Under the pieces are notes generated by a model. The model was given only the letters and a program-made list of their open reading frames with translations. It did not search any database and was not told the DNA's origin. The position numbers were made by a program, and so were the translations under genes. A DNA stretch of 64,000 bases from Acidimicrobiia bacterium (lineage in GTDB: Bacteria; Actinomycetota; Acidimicrobiia; Spongiisociales; JAHEDJ01), in assembly GCA_029210695.1 (NCBI GenBank), contig JARGFH010000010.1, forward strand, positions 1,802 through 65,801, given 5' to 3'. This document shows positions 48,012 through 58,470 of the stretch, piece after piece (the first letter of the stretch is position 1; each line of letters starts with the position of its first letter).

Positions 48012-50021
48012 TCATTCCCGCCGGAACGGGACCGGAACCATCGACTCAGAATCCATCTCTCGCGCACAACGATGTCCTGAATACACCGAAGTTGCGATCG
48101 TCCCGGGGGCGAGGCAATCCCCGATTCGCTGGATGTCGATGCGATTGACCAGCGCGTAATAGAGATCATCCTGAGGGATCCGTGACGTGATCATGACGAC
48201 GTTCGCAGCCTCGACTTCTCGCGAGTGCCCCGTGTGGATGCTCTTCAGCGACACCGTGTGCCCGGCGACGCCGGCGAGTGTGGTGCCGGTCGCCAGCACT
48301 ATTCCCAGCCCGAGAACCCGCTCCTGAATCCGGTGCTGTTCCTCCGTGTGAGTGGTCCAGGTAGAGACTTCGTTGGCCGGCGTCACCAGGGTGACGTCGA
48401 AGCCGGTTCGGCGAAGCTTCTCGGCAATGACACCGCCCATGTAGTAGTGATCGTCGTCGTAGACGACGACGGGACCGGTCGGCATCACCCCGGCCAGGAT
48501 GTCGTCCGGCGTGATGACCGACGGGCCATCCCAGCCTGGAATCGGCTCTTCGAGCGAGCGACCCGTGCCATCTCGACGCCACTTGGCACCGGTGGCGATC
48601 ACAACGCGATCGGCGCCGAACTCCAGGATCTGCTCTTCGTCGACCACGCTCTCGAGGTAGAACTCGACATTCGGCAGTTTCCCGATTTGATTGAGCCGCC
48701 AGTCGCGGACGCGAGCCCATTGGGCGAGGCCGGGCAAGGAGGACTCGAGCGTGACCCGGCCGCCCAACTCACGGCGTGCTTCTGTCAGGGTGACGTCGTA
48801 GCCGCGCTTGCCGAGCGAGACGGCGGCCTCGAGTCCTGCAGGGCCGGCTCCGACGATCAGAACGGATGAATCGGATCCCTTCGCCGGGATGTACTCGGGG
48901 TGCCATCCTTTCCGCCACTCCTCTCCCATGGTGGGGTTTTGTGTGCAGCGGATCGGCGTCCCCGTCTGATCGCCCGTGTAGCAAATGTTGCAGCCGATGC
49001 ACTCGCGGATCTCGTCTTCCCGTCCTTCTGAGATCTTATGGGGTATGAATGGGTCGGCAATCGAGGGACGAGCTGCGCCGACCAGATCGATTACGCCCTG
49101 CCGAACGAGGCGCAACATCGTCTCAGGGGAAGTGAAACGTCCAACGCTGACGACCGGTTTGTTGGTCACGCTCTTGACCCACGACATCGTCGCTTCGAGC
49201 CCGGCCTCGGGCACGAAGCGCGAAGTTCCCATTTCGAAGGTGTAGTCGTGCACGGTGATATCCCACAGGTCGGGCAGCTCTGCGAGGAGCCGGATCATCT
49301 CCCGCGGCTCAGCGGTTTCCTGATCGTCGTCAGGGCCCCCGGTGCTGGCGGAGAAGCGCACGGCCACCGCACAGGTGTCTCCGACGGCTTCCTTCGTCTC
49401 CTCGATCAACTCGCGCAGCAGCCGTGCGCGGTTCTCGAGCGAGCCGCCGTACTCGTCGCCCCTTTGATTCGATGGGAGCAGGAACTGGCGAATGAGATAC
49501 CAGTGAGCCGCGTAGACGTAAACGATGTCGAAGCCGGCGCGCTGTGCCCTACGGGCGGCTTCGAGGTGCCAGCGCTTCAGCTCTCGAATGTCGGCCTTGT
49601 CCATCGCCCGCGTTTGCACCGGGTCCCACACTCCGGCCGGCCGGCTGAAGGGGCCGAGGGGCGCCTCACGGGAATAGTGGTTGGCGCTGGCCGCCCCGCC
49701 GTGCCACAACTCGACACCTGCAAGAGCACCGTGTTCGTGAATCCTGTCGACCGTCATCGCCAGGGCCGTCACGTCCTGGTCGTCCCAAAGCGATGCGGAC
49801 GGGAAAGGCTCGTCGTCCGATGAGGGGTGGATTGAGCAGTACTCAGTACAAACCGTGCCCCACCCGCCCTCGGCCTTGACCCCGCGCAACCCGGCGAGTG
49901 TCTGGGGACGGCGATACCCCATGCCCGTGCAGTGGGGCACCTGATAGAAGCGGTTCGGAGCCGTCACAGGTCCAATCCGGACGGGCTCAAACAGGACGTC
50001 AAATCGGGGGTCGCGGGGCAT
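48012..50021 (-). CDS. trimethylamine/dimethylamine/histamine-dehydrogenase-family flavo-iron-sulfur oxidoreductase (OYE-like FMN domain + 4Fe-4S + FAD/NAD(P)-binding domain)
   Basis: N-terminus MPRDPRFDVLFEPVRIGPVTAPNRFYQVPHC. Cys cluster ECIGCNICY. C-terminal Rossmann VLIVGAGPAGLEAAVSL. About 669 aa. Confidence 0.75.
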   Translation of the reverse strand: MPRDPRFDVLFEPVRIGPVTAPNRFYQVPHCTGMGYRRPQTLAGLRGVKAEGGWGTVCTEYCSIHPSSDDEPFPSASLWDDQDVTALAMTVDRIHEHGALAGVELWHGGAASANHYSREAPLGPFSRPAGVWDPVQTRAMDKADIRELKRWHLEAARRAQRAGFDIVYVYAAHWYLIRQFLLPSNQRGDEYGGSLENRARLLRELIEETKEAVGDTCAVAVRFSASTGGPDDDQETAEPREMIRLLAELPDLWDITVHDYTFEMGTSRFVPEAGLEATMSWVKSVTNKPVVSVGRFTSPETMLRLVRQGVIDLVGAARPSIADPFIPHKISEGREDEIRECIGCNICYTGDQTGTPIRCTQNPTMGEEWRKGWHPEYIPAKGSDSSVLIVGAGPAGLEAAVSLGKRGYDVTLTEARRELGGRVTLESSLPGLAQWARVRDWRLNQIGKLPNVEFYLESVVDEEQILEFGADRVVIATGAKWRRDGTGRSLEEPIPGWDGPSVITPDDILAGVMPTGPVVVYDDDHYYMGGVIAEKLRRTGFDVTLVTPANEVSTWTTHTEEQHRIQERVLGLGIVLATGTTLAGVAGHTVSLKSIHTGHSREVEAANVVMITSRIPQDDLYYALVNRIDIQRIGDCLAPGTIATSVYSGHRCAREMDSESMVPVPFRRE

Positions 50022-50147
50022 TTCTTCCTCCAAGCTCTGGCGTCCGACCCGCTGAGACTCCGACGCTTCGCAATGAGCGAGCCGGTAGCCCATGGCGGGC
50101 GGAGGTTGTGGTGGGGACGGCCCGAGGGCCGTCCCCACCAACGGCTC

Positions 50148-51260
50148 CTAGCTTTTCACCTCGTTGAGGGCGTCCGAGTAGTTGGTCTCGAAGTCGCCGG
50201 TATCGGCGAGGAACTCGAGGCGCTCGAACACCTCGTCGGGGGGATAGATCGTCTCATCGTCGAGAATCTCGGGATCAACGAAGGGCTCCGACGCCGCGTT
50301 CGGGCTGGCGTAGAAGTTGAAGTTCGTCAACGCGGCTCCATTCTCAGGGTCGAGAAGGAAGTTGATGAAGGTGTGGGCGGTGCATGGAGCATCGGCGGTG
50401 ATGGGAATGGCCATCGTGTCAACCCAGGCCACCGCCCCTTCCTTGGGAATGCCGTATCCGAACTCCTCATAGGCGTCGTACTCGTCGTCGGACGCTTCGT
50501 CGAATGCGGCGAAGAAGTCGCCGGACCAGCCGTGCGCGACCGTGGTCTCACCGGATACGAGCAGGTCTTCGAACTGATCCGAATCGAACAGCTTGACGCG
50601 GTCCTTGATGCCTTGGAGCAGTTCGACCGCTTCATCCAGTTCTGCCTGGTCGGTCGTGTTGATGGAGTAGCCCAGATACTTGAGTGCGATACCTATCGTT
50701 TCCCGCGGGTCGTTGAGAAGGGAGATGCTGCCGGACACATCGGGAGCGAAGGCGGGGTCGAAGATGATCTCCCAACTCACCTCCCAGTCTTCCGGTACAA
50801 CGTCGTAGCTGTAGCCGATACCGCTGGTGCCCCACTGGTAGGGAACCGAGTATTCGTCGGTCTCGTCGTATGGGAGGCCGGTGAAGGCAGGATCGAGGTT
50901 GCTCAGATTCGGGATCGCATCCTTGTTGAGTGCAATGATCAGGCCTTCCTCCGACATGATCGTCACCGTGTAGTCGGACGGCACGACCAGGTCGTAGTCA
51001 TTGCCACCCGATTCGATCTGCGGGAGCATCGCCTCATTCGAGTCGTAGAACGATTCGTTGACCGCTACGGCGTACTCCGCCTCGAAGGCGGTGATCAGTT
51101 CCGGGTCGATGTACTCAGACCAGTTGTATAGGTCCAGGTCACCATCGACGTCTCCGACCTCACAGGCGGCGGCTGCGTCCACCAGTTCGGCATTCCCGTC
51201 CCCCCCACAAGCGGCCGCAAGTAATGCGAACGCCAATCCGATCATCAGTATTCGTCTCAC
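50148..51260 (-). CDS. ABC transporter substrate-binding lipoprotein (PotD/PotF polyamine-binding family)
   Basis: MRRILMIGLAFALLAAACGG signal/lipobox. LYNWSEYIDPELI is typical of PotD-family binding proteins. Confidence 0.8.
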   Translation of the reverse strand: MRRILMIGLAFALLAAACGGDGNAELVDAAAACEVGDVDGDLDLYNWSEYIDPELITAFEAEYAVAVNESFYDSNEAMLPQIESGGNDYDLVVPSDYTVTIMSEEGLIIALNKDAIPNLSNLDPAFTGLPYDETDEYSVPYQWGTSGIGYSYDVVPEDWEVSWEIIFDPAFAPDVSGSISLLNDPRETIGIALKYLGYSINTTDQAELDEAVELLQGIKDRVKLFDSDQFEDLLVSGETTVAHGWSGDFFAAFDEASDDEYDAYEEFGYGIPKEGAVAWVDTMAIPITADAPCTAHTFINFLLDPENGAALTNFNFYASPNAASEPFVDPEILDDETIYPPDEVFERLEFLADTGDFETNYSDALNEVKS

Positions 51261-51275
51261 TGCCCACTCCTCCTA

Positions 51276-52067
51276 TCAATTCCGTCTCTGCAAGGCTAGT
51301 GAACTGAGTACCAGGACCACGGAAGCCGTCAACATGAGCGTTGAGACGGCGTTTATCTCAGGGGTGACACCCCGCTTGATCAGACCGAAGACGAACGTCG
51401 GCAAAGTATCCGGGCCCTTGACGAACTGGGTGATGACCACATCGTCTAGCGAAAGGGTCAACGCCAGCAAGGCTCCGCCCAATACCCCCGGCATGATCAA
51501 CGGCAACGTGATCCTCCTGAAAGCCTGCCACCGGCCCGCGTAGAGGTCGGCCGCAGCTTCCTCGAGCGCCGGGTCCAGATTGGCGAGGCGAGCTCGCACG
51601 ACGATTGAAACGAACGAAATGTTGAAGGCGATATGGCTGAGGACAATGGTCGTGATACTCAGTTGTTGGCCAAGGGAAGTGAAAAAGACGAGCAACATGG
51701 CGGCCATGGTCACGTCCGGGATGATGACCGGAAGATAAAGCAGCGCGTCGAACGTCCGCTTGCCGAGCCAGCGTTTGTAGCGTTCGAGCGCCAGCGCCGC
51801 GGCGGTCCCAAGGACCGTTGAAATCACGGTGGAAATCGCCGCTACCTGCAGAGACGCCCACAGTGCAGCCATCAGGTTGTCATTGGCGAACATCTGTCGG
51901 TACCACCGCAGCGACAGAGCCTCCCACGTGAAGAACCGACTCTCATTGAACGAGAACACAATCAACACGAGGATCGGGAGATAGAAGAACAGATACACGA
52001 ACCAGGCGTGGCCTTTGAGGATCCGATCGAGGCGGCGGGTGAGAGCCGATCCGTTGCGAGTGGTCAT
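51276..52067 (-). CDS. ABC transporter permease (PotC-like)
   Basis: Start MTTRNGS, overlapping the upstream permease stop (TCAT/ATGA). EAAADLYAGRWQAFRRITLP EAA motif. Confidence 0.8.
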   Translation of the reverse strand: MTTRNGSALTRRLDRILKGHAWFVYLFFYLPILVLIVFSFNESRFFTWEALSLRWYRQMFANDNLMAALWASLQVAAISTVISTVLGTAAALALERYKRWLGKRTFDALLYLPVIIPDVTMAAMLLVFFTSLGQQLSITTIVLSHIAFNISFVSIVVRARLANLDPALEEAAADLYAGRWQAFRRITLPLIMPGVLGGALLALTLSLDDVVITQFVKGPDTLPTFVFGLIKRGVTPEINAVSTLMLTASVVLVLSSLALQRRN

Positions 52068-52945
52068 AGCGTCTTTGCTCCCGACCGGAAGTAGAAGACG
52101 GTGGCGACCAGCATGACCATCATGATCGCCATCGATAGGGACGATCCGAGCGGCCAGTTGCGGGCGGTCAGAAACTGATTGACGACGTAATTGCCGATGA
52201 GCGTGGTCTTCGCTCCGCCCAGGATGTCCGGCGTCACGTAGGCGCCCAGGCTCGGGATGAAGACGAGAATCGAACCGGCGATGATGCCCTGCTTGGTGAG
52301 CGGCAGCGTGACCTTGCGAAACGCCACCCATCCGGATGCATACAGATCTCGGGCCGCCTCGACCAGCGACCAGTCGAGTCGCTCGATGGAGGCGTACAAC
52401 GGCAGCACCATGAACGGCAGGAAGCCGTACACCAGGCCGATGTAGACGGCCGGCAGCGTGAACAGCATGGAATCCCACAAGTTCAAGAACCTGCCCAGTG
52501 CGGTGATCAGACCGTCCTCGCCGAGCAGAACCCGCCAGGCATAGGTGCGGACCAGGAAGTTGGTCCAGAACGGGATCATCACGAAGACAAGCAGGATGTT
52601 TCGCATCTTCTCGGATCTGGTGGCGATGTAGTAGGCGAATGGATAGCCGACCAGCAAGCAGAACACAGTCGTGAGAACGGCGACGATCAGCGACCGCGCA
52701 AAGATCGAACGGATCAGATCATCGGTGAACAGCTTCGTGATCGAGTCGAGATTCCAGCCTTCGAGCTTGGGCATGCCGGTGCGGGACCGGCTGGCGAAGG
52801 AGTACACACCGATGATGAGCAGCGGCAGTGCGAATAGGAACAACAGGTATATGTAGGAAGGCAGAGCCAGGAACAAACCGCGGCGCGACTCCGCCCGGTC
52901 GGCAGCGGCCTCCAGTTCGGCGGTGACCGGCCCGTCCGTCGTCAT
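52064..52945 (-). CDS. ABC transporter permease (PotB-like)
   Basis: 293 aa, 6 TM helices. [20 protein letters not shown]. Confidence 0.8.
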   Translation of the reverse strand: MTTDGPVTAELEAAADRAESRRGLFLALPSYIYLLFLFALPLLIIGVYSFASRSRTGMPKLEGWNLDSITKLFTDDLIRSIFARSLIVAVLTTVFCLLVGYPFAYYIATRSEKMRNILLVFVMIPFWTNFLVRTYAWRVLLGEDGLITALGRFLNLWDSMLFTLPAVYIGLVYGFLPFMVLPLYASIERLDWSLVEAARDLYASGWVAFRKVTLPLTKQGIIAGSILVFIPSLGAYVTPDILGGAKTTLIGNYVVNQFLTARNWPLGSSLSMAIMMVMLVATVFYFRSGAKTL

Positions 52946-54009
52946 TCGGTCAACGCCTCAGCCGAATCCGGGTGAAAGGCGGCGATGATGGGGGCGCCTT
53001 CCGCGAAGCGTTCCCGGCCCGGCCGATTCTCCTCTCGTGCGTCGACGATCGAGTGGCCGAAGTCGACTTCGTAGAAGTGTGAGTCGCCGAAGTAGAGCCT
53101 GCGGACGATCGTGCCGGCCAGCTTGTTGAAGTGCCCAGGTACGGAGTCCTCCGTGTGATGCAGGTCGATCTTCTCGGGTCGCAGGTTGAGCGTCACGGCG
53201 GTCCCGGCACCCGAATGAGTTCTGGCTTTGACGATGCTGCCGTCTGCCAGCTTCACGATCCCGGACTCAACAACGGTGCCCGAAATCAAATTCGTTTCGC
53301 CGATGAACTCAGCGACGAACCGCGTGTTGGGTCGCTCGTATATCTCTTCCGAGGGAGCGACCTGAAGCAGTTGGCCCTCATTCATCACCGCAATGCGGTC
53401 GGACATGGTCAGCGCTTCTTCTTGATCGTGCGTCACGTAGACGAAGGTGATACCCACCTCGCGCTGGATCTCTTTGAGTTCGAGTTGCATGGCTTGCCGC
53501 AACTTGAGGTCGAGGGCGCCGAGTGGCTCATCGAGCAGGAGGACCTGCGGCCGATTGACCAGTGCCCTGGCGAGGGCAACTCGCTGCTGCTGACCTCCGG
53601 AGAGCATTCCCGGTCGGCGATTCTCCATTCCCGAGAGCCGGACGAGATCGATTGCCTCACCAACCCGTCGTCTTGTTGCATCTTCGGAGATCTTCTGCAT
53701 CTGAAGACCGAACGCAACGTTGCCGGACACCGTCATGTGCGGAAACAGTGCATATGACTGGAAGACGGTGTTGACCGGTCGCTTGTTGGGCGGACGCAAC
53801 CCCATCTCTTCGCCATGGATGGTGATGCTGCCCTCGGTTGGGTATTCGAGTCCGGCGATCATCCTCAGTGTGGTGGTCTTCCCACATCCAGACGGCCCGA
53901 GCAATGAGAAGAATTCGCCGTCTGTGATCTCTAGGTCGATGCTTTCGACGGCTACGACGTCGCCGAACCGCTTCGTCACTCCCTTGATGCCGACTGCTGC
54001 TGCCGTCAT
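52942..54009 (-). CDS. ABC transporter ATP-binding protein (PotA-like)
   Basis: Walker [10 protein letters not shown], signature [15 protein letters not shown], Walker [13 protein letters not shown]-terminal TOBE-like domain. Confidence 0.85.
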   Translation of the reverse strand: MTAAAVGIKGVTKRFGDVVAVESIDLEITDGEFFSLLGPSGCGKTTTLRMIAGLEYPTEGSITIHGEEMGLRPPNKRPVNTVFQSYALFPHMTVSGNVAFGLQMQKISEDATRRRVGEAIDLVRLSGMENRRPGMLSGGQQQRVALARALVNRPQVLLLDEPLGALDLKLRQAMQLELKEIQREVGITFVYVTHDQEEALTMSDRIAVMNEGQLLQVAPSEEIYERPNTRFVAEFIGETNLISGTVVESGIVKLADGSIVKARTHSGAGTAVTLNLRPEKIDLHHTEDSVPGHFNKLAGTIVRRLYFGDSHFYEVDFGHSIVDAREENRPGRERFAEGAPIIAAFHPDSAEALTE

Positions 54010-55445
54010 TCAGTGCGGCCGATGTCGAATACGACCGTTTGCAGGTCGGTGAACTCCGTGATTCTTCCACGCCCCCAGCCGGTGTCCGTCCCGGCCGCTC
54101 CTCCGAACGGCTGGAAGGTCTCCCAGAAGTCGGTCGAGTCATTGACAACGACCGTACCCGACCGGATTCGGTCGGCGTACCAAAAAGCCTTGGAGAGACT
54201 CTGGGTGAATACAGCAGCCTGCAGGCCCAACCTCGAACGGTTGGCGATCGCCACCGCTTCGGCGTCATCTGCGGCGCGCAGGATGGGAAGGACCGGCCCA
54301 AACGACTCCTCCTGCGAGAGAGCGCTTTCCTCAGGCACGTTGTCGACGATCGTCAGGTCGTAGTAGAGGTCGGTCGGGTGTCCCGGTGATCTTCCTCCGC
54401 CGACCAGTACCCGCCCACCCCGGTCGCGGGCGTCGGCCAGGTGGCGGTCCATCTTTGCCGCGGTCGGCTCGTTGTTCAGCGGACCCATGTTTGTAGTCTC
54501 GTCGAATGGATCTCCCAGCTTGACGTCGGACGCAGCTGCGACTGCCAACTCGACGAACCGATCGTGAACCTCGTCGAGCACGATGACACGCTCGGTGGCG
54601 CAGCAGACCTGGCCTGCGTTGTAGTAAGCCCCGTACACCGCCAGGGGAGCGGCCGCCTCGACATCGGCATCTGCCGTGACGATTGTCGGTCCGTTGCCGG
54701 ACATCTCCATGATCGACCGCTTCACCCCCATTTGGGCGATGATCCGCTTGCCGGTTGCCGACGATCCGGTGAAACCGATTGCGTCTACTCCGTCGTGAGT
54801 GACCAGCGCCTCGCCTACCCGGCCATCTCCGGGTAGGACGGAGATTGCCCCCTTCGGTACTCCGGCCTCGTCGAATGCCTCTGCCAGTTTCAACAGTGCC
54901 CACGAGGTGAACTCAGGTGGTTTGACGATGACGGAGTTGCCGGTGGCGAGGCCCGGGCCGACGTACTCGAGGGGTATGGTCACCGGGAAGTTCCAGGGCG
55001 TGATCGCCGCCCACACGCCGATCGGCCGGTGGAAGGTGAACATGCGTTTGTTGCGGTCGGAGGTGGGGATCACCTCACCGGTCAGCCGTTTCACATCTTC
55101 GGCCGCGTTGTAGAAGTACTGGTTGGCCTCCGCGATGTCGGCAAGTGACTCAGCGTGATAGGGCTTGCCCTGCTCGAGGGTCTGGATTCGGGCAATCTCT
55201 GATTCCAGCGGTTCGATGGCCGCCGCTATCCGGAGACAGAGATCCGCTCTCTCGAAGGCCGACCAGTGCCGCATTTCGTCGGCCGCCCGGCGAGCTGCCG
55301 TGACTGCGCGATCAACATCCGCGTTGGATGGAAGCGGAACCGTCGCAATGTGCTCGCCCGTCACGGGGGAGATGAGGTCGTGGGCGTGATCGCCGGTACC
55401 TTCGGTCCATTCGCCGCCAAGGTACATCTTCAGAGTTGGTGCCAT
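54006..55445 (-). CDS. NAD(P)-dependent aldehyde dehydrogenase
   Basis: 479 aa, with an ALDH-family N-terminal region; catalytic nucleophile LTLELGGKSP was not found. Confidence 0.7.
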   Translation of the reverse strand: MAPTLKMYLGGEWTEGTGDHAHDLISPVTGEHIATVPLPSNADVDRAVTAARRAADEMRHWSAFERADLCLRIAAAIEPLESEIARIQTLEQGKPYHAESLADIAEANQYFYNAAEDVKRLTGEVIPTSDRNKRMFTFHRPIGVWAAITPWNFPVTIPLEYVGPGLATGNSVIVKPPEFTSWALLKLAEAFDEAGVPKGAISVLPGDGRVGEALVTHDGVDAIGFTGSSATGKRIIAQMGVKRSIMEMSGNGPTIVTADADVEAAAPLAVYGAYYNAGQVCCATERVIVLDEVHDRFVELAVAAASDVKLGDPFDETTNMGPLNNEPTAAKMDRHLADARDRGGRVLVGGGRSPGHPTDLYYDLTIVDNVPEESALSQEESFGPVLPILRAADDAEAVAIANRSRLGLQAAVFTQSLSKAFWYADRIRSGTVVVNDSTDFWETFQPFGGAAGTDTGWGRGRITEFTDLQTVVFDIGRTE

Positions 55446-55636
55446 CGCTCTCCAGAATCAGGTCGCCTCATTATTGCCGATGGGAGCGGCTCCTCGCTTC
55501 GCCCGGCGCGGGGTTCCGGCCTGGCTCGAGCATCGGTAGCATTGTGATCGCCACGCAGTCAACGCTTCCGTCTGAGTTTTTCGTGTCGCTTTGTCCGCCG
55601 ACGCTGAGTCATTGAAATCGAAAGTCCGTTGTATCC

Positions 55637-56965
55637 ATGGCAGGAGGAGAACTCATGGGGTTGCAGGGTGAACAGACGGCGGCCTGGTTCCGTCGAGCCA
55701 AGGCGGCGCTGGTCAATGGCGTGTCGAGCCAGTTCCGATACTGGGGCGATGACGACACGATGGTCATCGACCACGGGGAAGGTGGCCACGTCATCGACAT
55801 GGATGGCAATCGCTACATCGACTACCAGCTCGGCTTCGGTCCCGTCATCCTTGGTCATGGCGATCCGGATGTTGCCGCCGCCGTGTCGGAAGCTGCTCTC
55901 GCCGGCACAACGTTCGCGATGACCCAGCGCCGGGAAGTCGAAGCTGCAGAGCAGTTTCTAGCTGCCGTTCCATGGGCTGAGCAGCTTCGTTTCGGCAACA
56001 CCGGCACCGAGGCGACCATGCACGCCATCCGGCTGGCGAGAGGCGTCACCGGTCGTGATGTCATCCTCAAGTTCGAGGGCCAGTATCACGGCGTCCACGA
56101 CTATGTCATGTTCTCCACAGCCGGTGCTCCGCCCGCTGCACTCGGTTCGCGCTCGCAGCCGGTTCCCTGGCAGAGTTCGTCCGGCATTCCGGAGACCATC
56201 CGGTCGTACATACGGGTGCTGCCGTTCAATGACTTGGAAGGTGTCGAGCGGCTATTCAGAGACCAGGGTCACCAGATTGCGGGCGTCATCGTTGAGCCGA
56301 TGCTCGGCAACGCTTTTGGCATCATGCCGGAAGACGGTTTCCTCGAGGGCCTGCGCCGGTTGTGCACGGACTACGGGTCCGTGTTGATCTTCGATGAGGT
56401 CAAGACGGGCTTCCGCATGGGCCTCGGTGGAGCCGGTGAGTACTTCGGAATCGATCCCGATCTCGGGACCTTTGCGAAAGCCATGGGGAACGGGTTTCCT
56501 GTGGCCGCGATTGCCGGGCGAGGCGACGCTATCAAGGGATGGGCGGAGGGCGGGATCGCTCAGGCAGGAACCTACTCGGCCAACGGAGTCGCGGTGGCGG
56601 CGGCCGGCGCCACAATCGCCAAGCTGGCGACGGGTGAGCCGTATACCCGGATCGAGACGGTCGGACGGATGCTGATGGAAGGCTTCGCCGCTATTTGCGC
56701 ACAGCAGAGCGTGCCGGCCCATGTTCCGGGTGTCCCCGCCATGTTCGGGCTCGTCTTCTCCGACGAGCCGCCTCGTGATTTCCGGGACGCGGCCAACCAT
56801 GACGAGGAGTTGTACGGGGACGTCATCCGCAGGATGATCGGCAAGGGAGTGTTTCCGGTCGATGATGCGCTCGAGCCGTGGTTCCTCTGTGCCGCCCACA
56901 CCGAAGAAGACGCGGCGAAGACCCTGTCCGTGTTCGAGGAGTCGTTGCGAGAGGCCCGAGCCTGA
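55637..56965 (+). CDS. class-III PLP-dependent aminotransferase (GSA-aminomutase-like), paralog of 36820..38181
   Basis: DYQLGFGPVILGHGDP and VLIFDEVKTG. Start may be the internal Met at 55655. Confidence 0.8.
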   Translation: MAGGELMGLQGEQTAAWFRRAKAALVNGVSSQFRYWGDDDTMVIDHGEGGHVIDMDGNRYIDYQLGFGPVILGHGDPDVAAAVSEAALAGTTFAMTQRREVEAAEQFLAAVPWAEQLRFGNTGTEATMHAIRLARGVTGRDVILKFEGQYHGVHDYVMFSTAGAPPAALGSRSQPVPWQSSSGIPETIRSYIRVLPFNDLEGVERLFRDQGHQIAGVIVEPMLGNAFGIMPEDGFLEGLRRLCTDYGSVLIFDEVKTGFRMGLGGAGEYFGIDPDLGTFAKAMGNGFPVAAIAGRGDAIKGWAEGGIAQAGTYSANGVAVAAAGATIAKLATGEPYTRIETVGRMLMEGFAAICAQQSVPAHVPGVPAMFGLVFSDEPPRDFRDAANHDEELYGDVIRRMIGKGVFPVDDALEPWFLCAAHTEEDAAKTLSVFEESLREARA

Positions 56966-57003
56966 GGTCACCTTGGGCGGCTCACAAAGCTGCCTCGGGT
57001 GTG

Positions 57004-57405
57004 CTACCAGGAGCGCAGGCGGGTCGGTCGGATGACTATGGGTACCGGATAGTCGGCGGAGAAGCTCTTCGCCGTCCATCCATAACGGTTGAGGAACGAC
57101 TGGTACTTCTCGATGTACTCGGGCATTGCCCACGCCGGGGGATGGTCGCGCTCGACCTGCGCCGTGCCCTCGATGACAACGATTGCTCCTCCGCGTCCGT
57201 CACCGTCCAGATTGAGGGAGACGTGCGGGTTGCCTGCGATGTTGCTCAGCCTCGCCGTGTTGTCTTTGCTGAACATCCGGATGTCTTCGCCGTTCCACAG
57301 GAACCAGACCGGAGAAGGCTGGGGGCGCCCGGTCGTGGTCACGGTGGTCATCCAGATGAGCGGCTCGGAACCGAGGCGCTCATCGACGTTCGGCGGAATG
57401 TTCAT
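57004..57405 (-). CDS. PPOX-class F420-dependent (pyridoxamine-5'-phosphate-oxidase-like) enzyme
   Basis: 133 aa. LIWMTTVTTTGRPQPSPVWFLWNG...SNIAGNPHVSL matches the PPOX-class split-barrel signature. Confidence 0.65.
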   Translation of the reverse strand: MNIPPNVDERLGSEPLIWMTTVTTTGRPQPSPVWFLWNGEDIRMFSKDNTARLSNIAGNPHVSLNLDGDGRGGAIVVIEGTAQVERDHPPAWAMPEYIEKYQSFLNRYGWTAKSFSADYPVPIVIRPTRLRSW

Positions 57406-57503
57406 TAGTCCTTCTCGATTGGTTGGCAGGCAGATTACGACTCCCGCCTGATGATTGCCGGAACGCGCTTGCCACGGGCACGTCCAGGCACCACTATCTG
57501 GCT

Positions 57504-58349
57504 ATGACTATCGAAGCCGGCTGGCTCGCCGATCCCACCAAGCGTCACCAATACCGTTACTGGAACGGTTCCACCTGGACCGAACATGTTGCGGACAACG
57601 GCGTGCAATCGACCGATCCAACCGACGGACTCGACCGTCTAGACGCCGCGCTCACGCTCGACGATGCGTCCGATCCGGAGAAGATTCGCCGGCAGGTGAC
57701 CGGGAGCGGTTACGACGGTGCGGGGATCCAAAGCCCCGGTAGCGGTGGAGGCGATCTCTTCAGCGAGCCGGTGCTGGTGGTCAATCAGAAGGCCAAGCTG
57801 ATCGAGTTGACCAATCAGTACGGCGTCTTCGACCAGAACGGCAAACAGATCGGCTCGGTCAACCAAGTCGGGCAGTCAACGCTGAAGAAAGCGATGCGCC
57901 TGATCTCATCCGTGGACCAGTTCCTGACCCACCGGCTCGAGATCACCGATATGTCCGGCACCGTTGTACTCAGACTCACCCGTCCGGCCAAGGTATTCAA
58001 GTCCACAGTGGTAGTCGAGGATGGTTCCGGGCGAGAGCTGGGTCGCATCGTCCAGCGGAACATGATCGGCAAGATCAATTTCGGACTCGAGTCGAACGGC
58101 CAGGAACTCGGTGCCGTGAAAGCAGAGAACTGGCGGGCCTGGAACTTCCGCATAGAAGACGCAACGGGTAGTGAGGTGGCCAGGATCACGAAGACCTGGG
58201 AAGGTCTGGCCAAGACGATGTTCACGACGGCCGACAACTACGTGGTGCAGATCCACAGCCGTCTGTCGCAGCCCTTGCTGTCGCTGGTTGTTGCCACCGC
58301 GCTCTCGGTCGACACGGCCCTCAAGCAGGACGATCGCGGCTTCGGTTAG
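57504..58349 (+). CDS. DUF2510-domain protein fused to a scramblase/LURP-one-related (tubby-like) C-terminal domain
   Basis: N-terminal AGWLADPTKRHQYRYWNGSTWTEHV (DUF2510 motif). C-terminal ~200 aa of repeated beta-strand pattern (VLRLTRPAKVFKSTVVVEDGSGRELGRIVQRNMIGKINFGLE...) like scramblase/LOR family. Confidence 0.55.
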   Translation: MTIEAGWLADPTKRHQYRYWNGSTWTEHVADNGVQSTDPTDGLDRLDAALTLDDASDPEKIRRQVTGSGYDGAGIQSPGSGGGDLFSEPVLVVNQKAKLIELTNQYGVFDQNGKQIGSVNQVGQSTLKKAMRLISSVDQFLTHRLEITDMSGTVVLRLTRPAKVFKSTVVVEDGSGRELGRIVQRNMIGKINFGLESNGQELGAVKAENWRAWNFRIEDATGSEVARITKTWEGLAKTMFTTADNYVVQIHSRLSQPLLSLVVATALSVDTALKQDDRGFG

Positions 58350-58356
58350 TCGGAGG

Positions 58357-58468
58357 TTTCTACGCAATGCAGTGGCGCGAAAGCCGTACACAGCATTGCC
58401 GAGAAACTCCCTGATGTTTTCTGCGCAATGCAATGGCGCGAAAACCGTACACAGCATTGCCGAGAAAA
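58357..58468. repeat. tandem pair of the palindromic REP-like element (diverged variant)
   Basis: Copy at 58357-58406 (TTTCTACGCAATGCAGTGGCGCGAAAGCCGTACACAGCATTGCCGAGAAA) and copy at 58417-58468. Between convergent genes (58349 stop / serB stop 58471). Confidence 0.6.
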
Positions 58469-58470
58469 CC

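Noticed and set aside
48166-48869. 184-aa minus and 214-aa plus ORFs inside the TMADH-like gene region
   Set aside because: Fully embedded in/overlapping a 669-aa ORF with strong family motifs. Repetitive Arg/Gly/Asp composition typical of alternative-frame translation of GC-rich DNA.
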